The translations under genes and the position numbers were made by a program. From assembly GCA_963806185.1 (NCBI GenBank), contig CAWDXE010000005.1:160001-224000 (forward strand): DNA of 64,000 bases. The letters run 5' to 3'. The notes below the pieces were generated by a model. It searched no databases. It was not told the origin of the DNA and worked only from the letters and a program-made list of their open reading frames with translations. This DNA comes from an uncultured candidate division Zixibacteria bacterium (GTDB lineage: Bacteria; Zixibacteria; MSB-5A5; GN15; FEB-12). Positions within the stretch are counted from its first letter, which is position 1. The number at the start of each line of letters is the position of its first letter. Of this stretch, positions 43,583-54,220 are shown one piece after another.

Positions 43583-43874
43583 CGTTTCCACTGTATCGGA
43601 ATTACTCGCGTTCGGTTGACCGAACCAGCCCCAACTTGACGAACTCAATTCCCCTTGCCGATTGCGGCTTCAACGATGGTCCAAACGGAGATCATTCCTG
43701 CCTTAAATATTGGGGATGGCGGTCAACTGTTTATGGGATTTCCACCCCGAAAATTCCGGAAAAATCTACTGTGCAATCCGTCACCATCCGATCTGTTCAG
43801 AAAACGACGGCCTAACCCACACTGATACTGCAAGTTGCGGGATGTGCACAAAAGGTGTTTCACGCTGAAACAGT

Positions 43875-43891
43875 CGGGCAATTCATTTGCG
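43875..43891 (+). promoter_or_regulatory. Possible sigma54 -24/-12 promoter
   Basis: GGCA-N6-TTGC with GG and GC 10 nt apart, about 65 nt upstream of ATG 43955. Confidence 0.3.
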
Positions 43892-43954
43892 AACATTGAA
43901 TGTCAGAAGACGCAGAATCGTCAGCTAGGCCCGCAAGGCCAGGAAGGAAGAAGC

Positions 43955-44548
43955 ATGAAGCCAAAGTCGAACCAGAGCTGGATAAGCAGATCAGTGCTGT
44001 GCCTGGTGTTGGTCTTCTTCTCATTAACAATATTCACAAGTTGCTCCAAAAACCCAGTCACCTCCAACAACCTCACCGACAACACCCAGTCCACACTGGC
44101 GTTGCTGAATGAGAGCTTCACTGAAGACGGCCCGAGTCTGGCCGCGTCGATTAACTTCGCCAACGCTACTGTCGTCTACGACACTACGATAGTGCAATTG
44201 GTGAATCAGTGGGGCTACCAGATGAATGCCATTCACGGGGCAGAGATCCTCGGCTTCTCTCTGCCGTACATGGCTGTCTCCAAACCGACGACGTTGACCA
44301 TTCATGTGACAGAGTACCGGGCCTCTTTCGGAAAGTTCTGGCTGCTTGATTGTGGGCCGGAAGGACAGACTTTTAAGTACCCCCTCTACGTCCAGGCCAA
44401 CGCGGCTGCCCGTAGCGGCTCCTCATTGGTGCTGTTCTACTACAATCCAGTGACCAAGCAGTGGGAAGTCACTGAGAAGGCAAAGGTCAATTCGGGTTCG
44501 AACCCGCAGGTACCGATCTATCACTTCTCGAAGTATGCCATAAGCTAG
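43955..44548 (+). CDS. Lipoprotein with ZU5-like C-terminal region
   Basis: AGGAAG RBS, lipobox FTSC, DCGPEGQTF..P motif and terminal HFSKYA. Confidence 0.7.
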   Translation: MKPKSNQSWISRSVLCLVLVFFSLTIFTSCSKNPVTSNNLTDNTQSTLALLNESFTEDGPSLAASINFANATVVYDTTIVQLVNQWGYQMNAIHGAEILGFSLPYMAVSKPTTLTIHVTEYRASFGKFWLLDCGPEGQTFKYPLYVQANAAARSGSSLVLFYYNPVTKQWEVTEKAKVNSGSNPQVPIYHFSKYAIS

Positions 44549-44576
44549 TCAGTGCCATTCGATTTGCAGTGCGCCG

Positions 44577-44606
44577 ACCCCGGACGGAATCCGTCCGGGG
44601 TTTCTT
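44577..44606 (+). terminator. Intrinsic terminator
   Basis: ACCCCGGACGG-AAT-CCGTCCGGGGT followed by TTCTT. Confidence 0.7.
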
Positions 44607-44709
44607 ATACTATATCACCTCACCAATCATGATTGACCCCGGCCATCAACAGCACGTACCTTTCATCGAGCGACACAACATGTTCACCGACAGAATAGGA
44701 GTCGAGGTT

Positions 44710-45654
44710 ATGACCGACGATTCTGATGGACTTTCGCATCATGGGGTGGATGATCCGGAACGGGAAGGATACCCCAACGATACCTTGCGGTTGTTGATCG
44801 ACCGCTCAAGTTGCCGGAGTTTCGAGGATCGCGCTATTCCCGAGGACATTCTCTCCCTCGTCCTCGACGCCGGCATACACGCCGCCAGCGGCGGTAATCT
44901 GCAGCCGTACTCAATCATCAGAATCGCCAACCCGGAGACCAAGGCGCGCCTGGCCGCGCTGAATGGGGACCAGATGTTCATCGCCGCGGCGCCAGTGAAT
45001 CTGTTGTTCTGTATCGACTGGCACCGCATCCACCGGTGGACGCAACTCGAACAGGCCCCCTTCTCCGCTGACCATTCTTTCCGCCACTTTTGGATTTCCT
45101 TTCAAGACACGATTATCGCCGCTCAGAACATCTGCACAGCGGCCGACGCACTCGGGTTGGGATCGGTTTATGTCGGTACGGTCCTGGAGTGCTTTCGCGA
45201 AATACGCGACCTGTTGAATCTTCCGAAGGACGTCCTTCCCGTGGTGCTGCTCTCCCTCGGGTATCCCAAATTCCGCCCCGCTCCGAAAAAGAAACTCGGT
45301 CAACGAGCGATCGTACATGAGGAGAAGTATCAGGATCTGTCTGATGACGACCTGCGCGGAGTCTTTGAGGCAAAGTACCCGGGATGGAAGATGGAAACCA
45401 CTGAGAAACGGCTCGAACGGATCGCCGAAGTTTGCCGGGCTGTTCATGGTGCGGCGTTTGCCGACCAGTGTCTGGCGACGATCAATCGCCGGGGACACAT
45501 CAGTGCCGCGCAGAATTATTTCGGCTTGCACTACGTGGCGGACGGTATGCCGCTTGGCAATGACGAGTTCCTGAAGATAATGAAGGAGTTCGGCTTCGGA
45601 TGGTTTGAACGATTTGAGCCGGCGGAAACGCGAAGCAACCGCACCGCGAAGTAG
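44710..45654 (+). CDS. Nitroreductase family protein
   Basis: RSSCRSF, AASGGNLQP, AADALGLGSVYVG, LSLGYP. Confidence 0.92.
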   Translation: MTDDSDGLSHHGVDDPEREGYPNDTLRLLIDRSSCRSFEDRAIPEDILSLVLDAGIHAASGGNLQPYSIIRIANPETKARLAALNGDQMFIAAAPVNLLFCIDWHRIHRWTQLEQAPFSADHSFRHFWISFQDTIIAAQNICTAADALGLGSVYVGTVLECFREIRDLLNLPKDVLPVVLLSLGYPKFRPAPKKKLGQRAIVHEEKYQDLSDDDLRGVFEAKYPGWKMETTEKRLERIAEVCRAVHGAAFADQCLATINRRGHISAAQNYFGLHYVADGMPLGNDEFLKIMKEFGFGWFERFEPAETRSNRTAK

Positions 45655-45752
45655 CTAGCCGGGTTCATAATCCAATAGCGCCCGTTCCACAAAATAAGCG
45701 GGAGATCAAATGACCTCCCGCTCATCCGGACCGCGGAAATCAAGTCCCGGAT

Positions 45753-47031
45753 CTAGAAGGCAAAATCGAGCAGCAGCCCAAGTTGATCGTTTCTGGCCTT
45801 GTCCGTCTTCCCTATCTCACGATGCGTGTACTCGGCGTTCAAGGCGACGTTGACAGCGGTCCAATCGCCGAGATAGTACCGTAACAAGACGGAGAACGCA
45901 TTGGTCTTTCGTTCTTCGTCGGATTTGGGCGGAGAGATCCAATTGAAGACGAGCGAGCCGACCAGTCGGTTGTTCATGAGCCCAGCGTAATCAAGCTGAG
46001 CGAAACCGCCGGTATATTTGTAGTTCTCGTGGAGCTCGGCGTCGGTTCCCCTATTGTCGATTCCTTTGTCGTCTGATCCCTGCATGAACATCCCATGCAC
46101 ATTAACAGTCTGCCAGTTCAGACTGACATCGCCACCAATGCGACGAAACGGCTTGTGAGCGTAGCCGTTTCCCTGACCAGCCGGATCAAACGCGGAGTCG
46201 CCCGGCAGCTGTCGGCTGCCATCCAAGATAGCCGAAAAGGCCGATTCGCTGTCCCGCGCTCTGTCCTTCACCGCGACCGAGGACCTGAGCGACACGGAGA
46301 TACAAGTCCTTGGCGCGACTATTGTCGGGGTTGGCGCCGCTGCCGTTGACAATCCCGCAGGCATAGCGAAACCCATTCCTGAAATGTCCAGTCACTTCCA
46401 GCCCCATCTGGTTGTCGTCGAACACAAACTGGTTGGACGGAGTTGTGAAGGTGTATATGTCGTAGGGCTGAATCAGGTAGTATGACCTCTTGCTGCTGAA
46501 TGGATGGTATGCCGGCTCAAACCGTCCGACTCGCAGGTTCACCGCATCCTTGACAAGATTACTGAACACCAGATTGACCGATTCGAGTGCCCGCCGGTTG
46601 GCTCGGGTTGGAACCGTCGGCCGAGCCCGTGTAATCGGCGGCCGGCTCATCAATGCGGGGCGTGTAGATCAGAAGATAGGAGATATTCTTGTGCAGGACT
46701 CCGGCAGACAGCAGGTCAAGTCCGTTCAGCGCAAAACCGGCCGTATTGGCCGTCGTTCGTATGGCTGGACATCAGCCCAAAGCTCGTTCTCAAGAGCCAA
46801 CGGAGGAGCAGTCTCAAACACGTTCTTTTCCAGCCCCTCCTGCCCGGGACTCTGATAGCCGGCAATTCCGAAAGCGCTGGCCGAAGTCGTTCAGTTTGGT
46901 GTAGCCGGTGTGGCACATATTGCAGTTGAAGCCGTACTTACGCGCGAAGGCCGGGATCCCCTGGCTTAGCTGAAGGCACCATAAGTAGTATGCCCGTCAC
47001 GATCGCAAATGATCTCATCGACTCTGCTCAT
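45753..47031 (-). CDS. Outer-membrane porin-like protein with N-terminal CxxCH (heavily frameshifted)
   Basis: IPAFARKYGFNCNMCHTGYTKLNDFGQRF N-terminus; beta-strand-rich fragments (NLRVGRFE, QMGLEV); C-terminal DFAF. Confidence 0.75.
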
Positions 47032-47042
47032 GATGACCTCCT

Positions 47043-48116
47043 TCACTTTGGCAGCTCTTCAGGTGGAATCGGCTTCTCATTGGCTACCGACGGATTGGTA
47101 CTGACCATGGCCCTGCTCATGAACGCCACCAGAGCCTCCATCTCCTGGCGTGAAAGCCCCAGCGGAAGCATTAGCGGATCGAGGTTCGCGTCGTTCGAGC
47201 CCACCACCGCGATTGTAGAGACGCACGACATCGAGCAGCGTCTTTTCGGTACCGTTGTGCAGGTACGGGGCGTCGACTCGCCGCATCTCGCACGGTCGGC
47301 GTCTTAAACTTACCTGCATCGAGAGGATCCTTGGTTACGGCCTGACGCCCTTCATCGGGTTTGGCTCCGGAGGCCGGGGCAACGCCAAGATTGTGAAAGC
47401 GACCGTCACTGAAGTATCCGCCCCAGTGGCAGAGCGTGCAGTGTCCCTTGCCGTTGAAAATTTCCAGTCCGCGTTTCTCTTGCTTGGTTAGAGCCGTTTG
47501 GTCGCCACGCACGAACCGATCAAACGGAGAATCAGTGGTTACGATTGTCCGCTCGTAGGCGGCAATTGCTTGAGCAACCATATCGAGCGTGATGGGTGTA
47601 TCACCAAAAACCTTCTTGAACGCGTCAACATATCCGGGGATATTGTCAACCGTGCGTAGCATTACGTCGTGCGTGTTGCCCATTTCGATTGGATTGGCAA
47701 TCGGTCCTTTAGCTTGTTCTTCGAGGCTTGGCGCCCGACCGTCCCAAAACTGCAGGGGGCTGTAGGCGGCGTTTGATACCGGCGGTGCGCGTCTTCCGCC
47801 GCGCTGACTATTTATGCCCGAACTTGTCGGGCCCGCGTCGGACCAACCCATCGCTGGACTGTGACAGGTGGCGCAACTGATTGTATTGTCCTTGGATAGC
47901 CGGGTGTCGAAGTACAGTTGCTTTCCCAGCAGTACCTTTGCGTCTGTCTGGAGATTGTTGTCCGGCACCATCACCGGCGGCAGATTACCGAGTCGTTCCG
48001 GTCCCAGCGAATGGCTGCTCACTGTAATGAGAGCTGGTGGTGAGATTGTCGGCGGCGAAGAGGAATGAGCCGGCCAACACTCCCCCTACGAAGAGCAAAG
48101 CGGCGAGTCTTCGCAT
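47043..48116 (-). CDS. Di-heme cytochrome c peroxidase/MauG family protein (frameshifted)
   Basis: LGKQLYFDTRLS, SCATCH, QFWDGRA, CTLCH, FKTPTVR, PYLHNG. Confidence 0.92.
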
Positions 48117-48530
48117 GTAATCTCCTTCTGTCCCGAATTTCTCAATCACCCGATCATTAGTCGAGATTGTGGCTCGCACCGTCCACTTACAAAAATGTCC
48201 GCATTACCGCATGTGATGTCAACTGAAATCTCTGCCCCGAGGCTATCTGATCGGCCACACACGTATCGAAGATGGAATAATGTAAGTCACGGCCCTGATT
48301 GCGGTCCGGTGTACTTCGTGGACGCCGTTACGGCGGATGTGAACAGATGAGGGCGAAGATCGGAAGGACACTTCCTCCGGCGCCTCCACAATATCTTGAA
48401 CTCAAAAGGGCAGAATAGAGAGTGTCCCGGATGAACGGCTGTTCGGCCCGGGACATGGAAATCCAGTAGGTACGTGATCGGCGGTGCATCTTACCCCGCG
48501 GCCACGGCGGGGGCACTCGTGGACAGCCGA

Positions 48531-51086
48531 CTAGGCCGTAACGGGATCTCTGCGTTTTCTTAGGACCTTCAACACCTCGAACCATACGATGCTGATTCCG
48601 GCGGCCAGCCCGCATATCAACAGGTCTACGGAGTGAAGGATCGAGAAACGAAACATGCTTCTCAGAAACGGCACATACAGGATCAAGAGTACAAAGATGC
48701 ACGTGCCGCCCAGCACCCACAAAAGGGCCGCATTGGGCGAGCGCAGCGTCCCCCAGATGGTGCGAGTCCAGGAACGGTTGGCAAGAATCAACGCGAGATT
48801 GGAAAGAATGAGCGTCATCACCGTCAGGGCGCGGACCTCATTCTCAGCACGGCCGAGGCCGCGCGCCGTCATGTAGACCAGCAACACGACCACCAGAGAT
48901 GACAGGCCCTGCAAAACACTTATTATAATGACACCCTTACCGAAAAGCGGCTCATCGGGTTTGCGGGGGGGGCGCCGCATGACATTACTCTCCTCAACCT
49001 CGGCTTCGAATACGACGGAACAGGCCGGATCGATAATCAATTCGAGAAACACGATGTGCACCGGTAAGAGTACCAGCGGCCATTGCATGACCACCGGGAT
49101 AAACGACAGGCCGGCGATCGGGACGTGGACAGCGACGATATAGGCCATTGCCTTCTTGATATTGTCGAAGATTCGCCTGCCGAGTCGCACGGCGCCGACA
49201 ATGGACGAGAAATCGTCATCCAGGAGAACCAGCGATGACGACTCTCGAGCGACGTCGGTCCCGCGGCCGCCCATGGCTATGCCGATATGTGCGGCCTTCA
49301 GCGCCGGGGCATCATTGACGCCGTCGCCCGTCATGGCCACGACATCCCCATTCGCTTTCAGCGCGTTCACGAGACGCAACTTCTGTTCCGGCACAACCCG
49401 GGCAAAGATATCGACATCCCGTATGCGCGCCTGAAGATCCGGGTCGGACATCCTTTCCAGTTCCGCGCCGGTGATGAACTGATCGACGGAGGTCAGGCCG
49501 ATCTGTCGAGCGATACTCTGTGCCGTGCCCGGATAGTCTCCGGTTATCATCACGACCCGGATACCGGCCGTATAACATTCCTTAATGGCCGCAGGGACGG
49601 TCGACCGAATCGGGTCGGCGAGGCCGACCAGCCCCAGAAACGAGAAAACAAAATCGTGTTGTATCTCGGGCAGTGACTGGCTGTTGAAACTCGATCTGGC
49701 AACACCCAGAACCCGCAGCCCCTGATCGGCCAGTTCGCTCACTTTCTGATTGAGTTCACTCTGCCGCTCCCGCGACAGGTGACAGAGATCGAAAATCGCC
49801 TCTGGCGCGCCCTTGGCGGCGATGACGAAATCCTGCCCCCCCGGCGATTGCCACACATGCGACAGCGCCAGCAGATCCTTGGAAAGTGGGTATTCCTGCA
49901 CCAGGTGCCAGTCGCCGTGAAGATGTTCCGTACCCGGGAGATACTCATCCCCCAGTTGCTTGAAGGCCCGTTCCATGGGATCGAACGGATCCCGTTTGCT
50001 GGCAAGAATGCTGTACTCCACGATCGAATGAAACGTTTCAGGCAGACCGCTATCGACGGCCTTCTCTACGTCAAAGAATTCTTCATCGACGACGATGCTC
50101 TTCACCGTCATGCGGTTTTGCGTCAAGGTGCCGGTTTTGTCAACACACAGCACCGTGGCGGCACCAAGGGTCTCAACCGCTGGGACATGGCGGGTGAGCA
50201 CCTGTTTCTGGGAGAGTCGCCACGCCCCCAGGGCCAGGAAGATGGTCAGCACCACGGGAAATTCCTCGGGCAGGGTGGCCATCGCCAGCGTGATTCCCGC
50301 GAGGAATCCATGCAACCAGTCATGACGCGTCAGACCGTAGACTACGATGACCAGAGCGCAGAGCGAGACTCCGACAATAGCCAGATTCCTGACCAAACGG
50401 CCGGTCTCTATTTGCAGGGGCGTGCTGCGCGTCTCCACCGATGCGAGTGCTTTGCCGATCTTACCGATTTCCGTCCCGAGTCCGATGGCATGGACCTCCG
50501 CCACACCCTGACCCTGGACCACCATCGTACCGGAATAGACAAACGGAAGGTCGTCTCCGCCGGGCGGCAGCGAACTGCTCTGACCATCCCAGACCGTTTT
50601 TCGCACCGCTACGGATTCGCCGGTCAACAAGGACTCATCAGCGGAAAGGTTGATGCACGAGATCAGTGAAGCGTCGGCAGGCACGCGATCCCCCTCGTGA
50701 AGCACGACGATGTCTCCCCGGACGACGTCTCGACCGGCGATACGTTGTTGCTCTCCGCCGCGAATGACCAGAGCGCGCGGGCTTGCCAGGTCACGCAGGG
50801 CCTCAATCGCCCGCTCGGACTTGCGTTCTTGATACAGGGTAATGCTCATGACCACAATCACGAATCCGAGGAGCATGATGGCCTCGCGAACGTCACCCAG
50901 AATCAGGTAAAGCGTGCCACACGCTACCAGCAGAAGAAACATCGGCTCGCGGAAGACGCCGAGTGCGATCGCAAGGAGGCTTCGCCTGCGACTTGCAGGC
51001 AGCTCATTGTAGCCGTCGGTCCGAAGACGCAGCGATGCCTCGTCGTCAGACAATCCTTGAATTGTGCTGAGGTCAAGATCGGACAT
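48531..51086 (-). CDS. P-type cation-transporting ATPase (type II)
   Basis: TGES, PEEFP, DKTGT, KGAPE, TGDYP, TGDGVNDAP. Confidence 0.96.
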   Translation of the reverse strand: MSDLDLSTIQGLSDDEASLRLRTDGYNELPASRRRSLLAIALGVFREPMFLLLVACGTLYLILGDVREAIMLLGFVIVVMSITLYQERKSERAIEALRDLASPRALVIRGGEQQRIAGRDVVRGDIVVLHEGDRVPADASLISCINLSADESLLTGESVAVRKTVWDGQSSSLPPGGDDLPFVYSGTMVVQGQGVAEVHAIGLGTEIGKIGKALASVETRSTPLQIETGRLVRNLAIVGVSLCALVIVVYGLTRHDWLHGFLAGITLAMATLPEEFPVVLTIFLALGAWRLSQKQVLTRHVPAVETLGAATVLCVDKTGTLTQNRMTVKSIVVDEEFFDVEKAVDSGLPETFHSIVEYSILASKRDPFDPMERAFKQLGDEYLPGTEHLHGDWHLVQEYPLSKDLLALSHVWQSPGGQDFVIAAKGAPEAIFDLCHLSRERQSELNQKVSELADQGLRVLGVARSSFNSQSLPEIQHDFVFSFLGLVGLADPIRSTVPAAIKECYTAGIRVVMITGDYPGTAQSIARQIGLTSVDQFITGAELERMSDPDLQARIRDVDIFARVVPEQKLRLVNALKANGDVVAMTGDGVNDAPALKAAHIGIAMGGRGTDVARESSSLVLLDDDFSSIVGAVRLGRRIFDNIKKAMAYIVAVHVPIAGLSFIPVVMQWPLVLLPVHIVFLELIIDPACSVVFEAEVEESNVMRRPPRKPDEPLFGKGVIIISVLQGLSSLVVVLLVYMTARGLGRAENEVRALTVMTLILSNLALILANRSWTRTIWGTLRSPNAALLWVLGGTCIFVLLILYVPFLRSMFRFSILHSVDLLICGLAAGISIVWFEVLKVLRKRRDPVTA

Positions 51087-51562
51087 AGTCGATATCTGAA
51101 GCGGGCCTCTACCAAGTCGTTATTGTGGCTTCCCTATCCGTTCACCGAGGCCGGTCGCGTTGGCCGATGAACGCAAAAACCAATTATCCGAAAAAATCAG
51201 CCGAAGTCAAGATGGTGGTTTTCATACTACATTATGTGCCCGGATGTGCCCGGTCGTCGGAATCCCACGCTATGTGGCTTTGGCGCAGGCGTTTGGCAGG
51301 TTACGGATCGCACCGAATTCTCAAAAATAGACCGGAAAACTCAAATATAAACGTAGGTTTTCGCTCAACCATCCGATATACTGGAGAGTTAATATTGATT
51401 TGAGCTCTTTGTTTTTCGTAGTCTTGTTCTAATCCACAACTCTCCGCTAAAGCTTAAACTCGAATTGATCGCGCAATTTTGCGCAATGTACACGCTGAAT
51501 TGAGATGACCGGCTTCGCTGTGAAGCTCGCAAATCTCAGGTTCAGCAAGTGAGGAGTGTAGA

Positions 51563-51850
51563 ATGAACATCTACGTAGGCAACATGTCGTACGACACGAC
51601 CGAAGATCAACTGCGCCAGGCCTTTCAGGGCTTTGGTGAAGTATCGACCATCAAGATCATCACCGACCGCGAAAGCGGCCAGCCGAAAGGGTTTGCGTTT
51701 GTCGAAATGCCGGCAGCGCACGAAGCCAACGCGGCAATCGGTAGCCTTAACGGTCGCGAGATCAATGGACGCGCGCTGAACGTCAATCAGGCGAAACCGC
51801 GCGAAGAGAGCGGCAGCCGTAATGGCGGCGGCTCGCGCCGGTCGTACTAA
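51563..51850 (+). CDS. RRM RNA-binding protein
   Basis: IYVGNM (RNP2) and KGFAFVEM (RNP1); Gly/Arg tail; GAGGAG RBS. Confidence 0.95.
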   Translation: MNIYVGNMSYDTTEDQLRQAFQGFGEVSTIKIITDRESGQPKGFAFVEMPAAHEANAAIGSLNGREINGRALNVNQAKPREESGSRNGGGSRRSY

Positions 51851-51900
51851 TCACGACGATCTAAGATCCGTGGCCGCAAGGCCGCAGGATTAATTGCAGA

Positions 51901-51933
51901 AGGACCGGTCATTGACCGGTCCTTTCTTGTTTC
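51901..51933 (+). terminator. Intrinsic terminator
   Basis: AGGACCGGTC-ATT-GACCGGTCCT followed by TTCTTGTTT. Confidence 0.8.
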
Positions 51934-52038
51934 TGGAATATCAGAATGCTTCTGCTCTTCGCGAGGGCCACTTCCCTCGTTCCCTGAAACAAAAGACCAG
52001 CCGATTCGTACGTTATTTCATTTGGTAGTGCGTATCAG

Positions 52039-54096
52039 ATGAGTCGGTGCATCAATCTACCCTCGGGAGTTCGGATGAGTATCACGGTGACATTTCGAAA
52101 TTTTGCACTTATGGCGATTGTCTGGGTTTGCCAGCTCGGCGCGGCCACGGCCGGCCCGGTGGCGTCTTACGACATGAACGTAAGGATAACCCCGGACAAG
52201 TCAGCGCTCACGTGTGACGGAACTGTCTCGTTCGAACTGGCTCCCTATTCAACGGACTCGATAGAAATCCTGTTGAACAAGGTGATGCATGGCCTGACTT
52301 TACAGATCGTGAAGCCGGCAGCAATCGCGGGAAAAGCGAATATACGTGTTGAGGAACACGAAAACGGGCAGACATCGTACTTCGTGCACTTCCCCAGTCG
52401 CCGGCCCGAGGGAGAAACTCTCACTCTCCGCTTCCAGTACCATGCCGGCGAATTCGTCGGCCGTCAGTACTATTTCGACAGCACCTTCTTCTTTGGGGGC
52501 GGCGTGGCGACTGCCTGGTACCCGCAACCGATCGAGGTTATCGGTGCGAGCGAGGGGCAACTGATGGACGGCCGGGGTACAGTGAGGGTTACCCTTCCCC
52601 ACCCATATGTCGCCGTTATGGCCGGCGCAAAAAACGAACTGCGGACCAAAAACCACACCAACATCTGTACATTCTCGATCGTTGAACCGTCGGTCTTCAC
52701 CCTGTTTGCCGGGGAATACCACTCGAGCACACAGTCAGACAAGACGACAGTTTCGGCATATTTTCTGGCTGAGCACCATGATATCAACGAGTACCTGCGG
52801 GGATGCCTGGACATCCTCTCATTTTTGTCCGGCGAATTCGGCGCGTATCCGTATGCGGATTTCTCGCTGATTGAATTCCCGACATACGTATCCGAAAAAC
52901 TCGGTATCGGCGGCGGCAGTGTGGTCGGTGGTATTATGATGCCCACCAACTCGCTGGACAACAAATTCAATCTCGCCTTGTTCGGGCACGAATTGGCGCA
53001 TCAATGGTGGGGCAACCTGGTGAGAAATTCGGGGGCGCGCGGCAACGGGATGCTCGACGAAGCGATGGCGCAGTACGGTTCGCTGCTCGTAGTCGAGCAG
53101 CTCGACGGATCGGTCGGTGCAGAAGCCTATCGGCGGAAAGGGTATCCGGGGTATATCCCGAGCCAGTCAGGGTTCGGCTACCTGCGTGTGGCAGCATCGG
53201 GAAAAGACGAACAACTATCTCACCTGAGCGCTCCGTCGATTCATGTGATTGATGACAGTAAGGGATTCCTCGTTTACAACGTGCTCAGGAACACGCTCAG
53301 CAAAGACACTATGAAGGATATCCTTCGGAATATTGTGGCGAGGCATGCCCGCGGCTACATCACCTGGCAGGAGTTTCTCGATGAAACAGCGGCGGGGGCA
53401 AAGCTGGATCTTCGCTGGTTCTACGACCAGTGGTTCGACCGGACCGGCGCTCCGGAATGGCAGTTCACCTGGCGACAGGATGGCGATACGCTGCGGGTCA
53501 GGGTCAGTCAAGTCGGTGCTGTCTACCGCCTCTCGCTGGAGATGGAGCTGAAAGGAAGGGCCGGGCAGTTGCTCATCGACCGCATTGAGGTGACTGATTC
53601 GGTTCAGGAATTCGCGATCAAGGTTTCGTTTCCGGTTAGTTCGGTGACGCTCGATCCTCATTATCAGGTACCGCATTGGGAGGAAGATTACAAAGAGGAA
53701 GCCTTCGCTCTGGTAACGCCGACCAGGATGACTGAATTGCGGCTTTCCGGGAAGCTCGCCGAGGCGAAAGCGTTGTATGAGCAGTCGATTCCAAACTTCC
53801 CTGAGCCGGACAAGTACGGGGTGCGGTTTCTCATGGAATACGAAATCGGCCGCGTGCTGATGATCGAAGGGAATCCGAAAGAAGCGCTGCCACATTTCCT
53901 GGAGGCGGTGCGGGCGCCCTCACGACGTGACGAATTGTTGGCCTGGGCGTACCTACGCGTGGCGCAAATGGCTGCACTGGTACATGATACAGAAACTCAG
54001 GTCTGGGGTGCGAATGCTGCTATTAGCGCCGATGCCATGCTCGGCGGCAATACCGGAGCCCGGGAGATCGCACAGGCGCTGTTGACACAGGAGTGA
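52039..54096 (+). CDS. M1 family zinc aminopeptidase with C-terminal TPR-like region (start may be 52075)
   Basis: HELAHQWWG plus downstream LDEAMAQY; KGFLV; WFYDQW. Confidence 0.9.
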   Translation: MSRCINLPSGVRMSITVTFRNFALMAIVWVCQLGAATAGPVASYDMNVRITPDKSALTCDGTVSFELAPYSTDSIEILLNKVMHGLTLQIVKPAAIAGKANIRVEEHENGQTSYFVHFPSRRPEGETLTLRFQYHAGEFVGRQYYFDSTFFFGGGVATAWYPQPIEVIGASEGQLMDGRGTVRVTLPHPYVAVMAGAKNELRTKNHTNICTFSIVEPSVFTLFAGEYHSSTQSDKTTVSAYFLAEHHDINEYLRGCLDILSFLSGEFGAYPYADFSLIEFPTYVSEKLGIGGGSVVGGIMMPTNSLDNKFNLALFGHELAHQWWGNLVRNSGARGNGMLDEAMAQYGSLLVVEQLDGSVGAEAYRRKGYPGYIPSQSGFGYLRVAASGKDEQLSHLSAPSIHVIDDSKGFLVYNVLRNTLSKDTMKDILRNIVARHARGYITWQEFLDETAAGAKLDLRWFYDQWFDRTGAPEWQFTWRQDGDTLRVRVSQVGAVYRLSLEMELKGRAGQLLIDRIEVTDSVQEFAIKVSFPVSSVTLDPHYQVPHWEEDYKEEAFALVTPTRMTELRLSGKLAEAKALYEQSIPNFPEPDKYGVRFLMEYEIGRVLMIEGNPKEALPHFLEAVRAPSRRDELLAWAYLRVAQMAALVHDTETQVWGANAAISADAMLGGNTGAREIAQALLTQE

Positions 54097-54220
54097 AATG
54101 ACAGTGGGACACACTGTAGTCAGCCGCCGAATCATCTTGGGGCGTTGCGAACGTCGACATCATAACATATCTTGCCGATAGCAATGTGTCCGGACGGATC
54201 CGGACGCACTAACCGGGATA

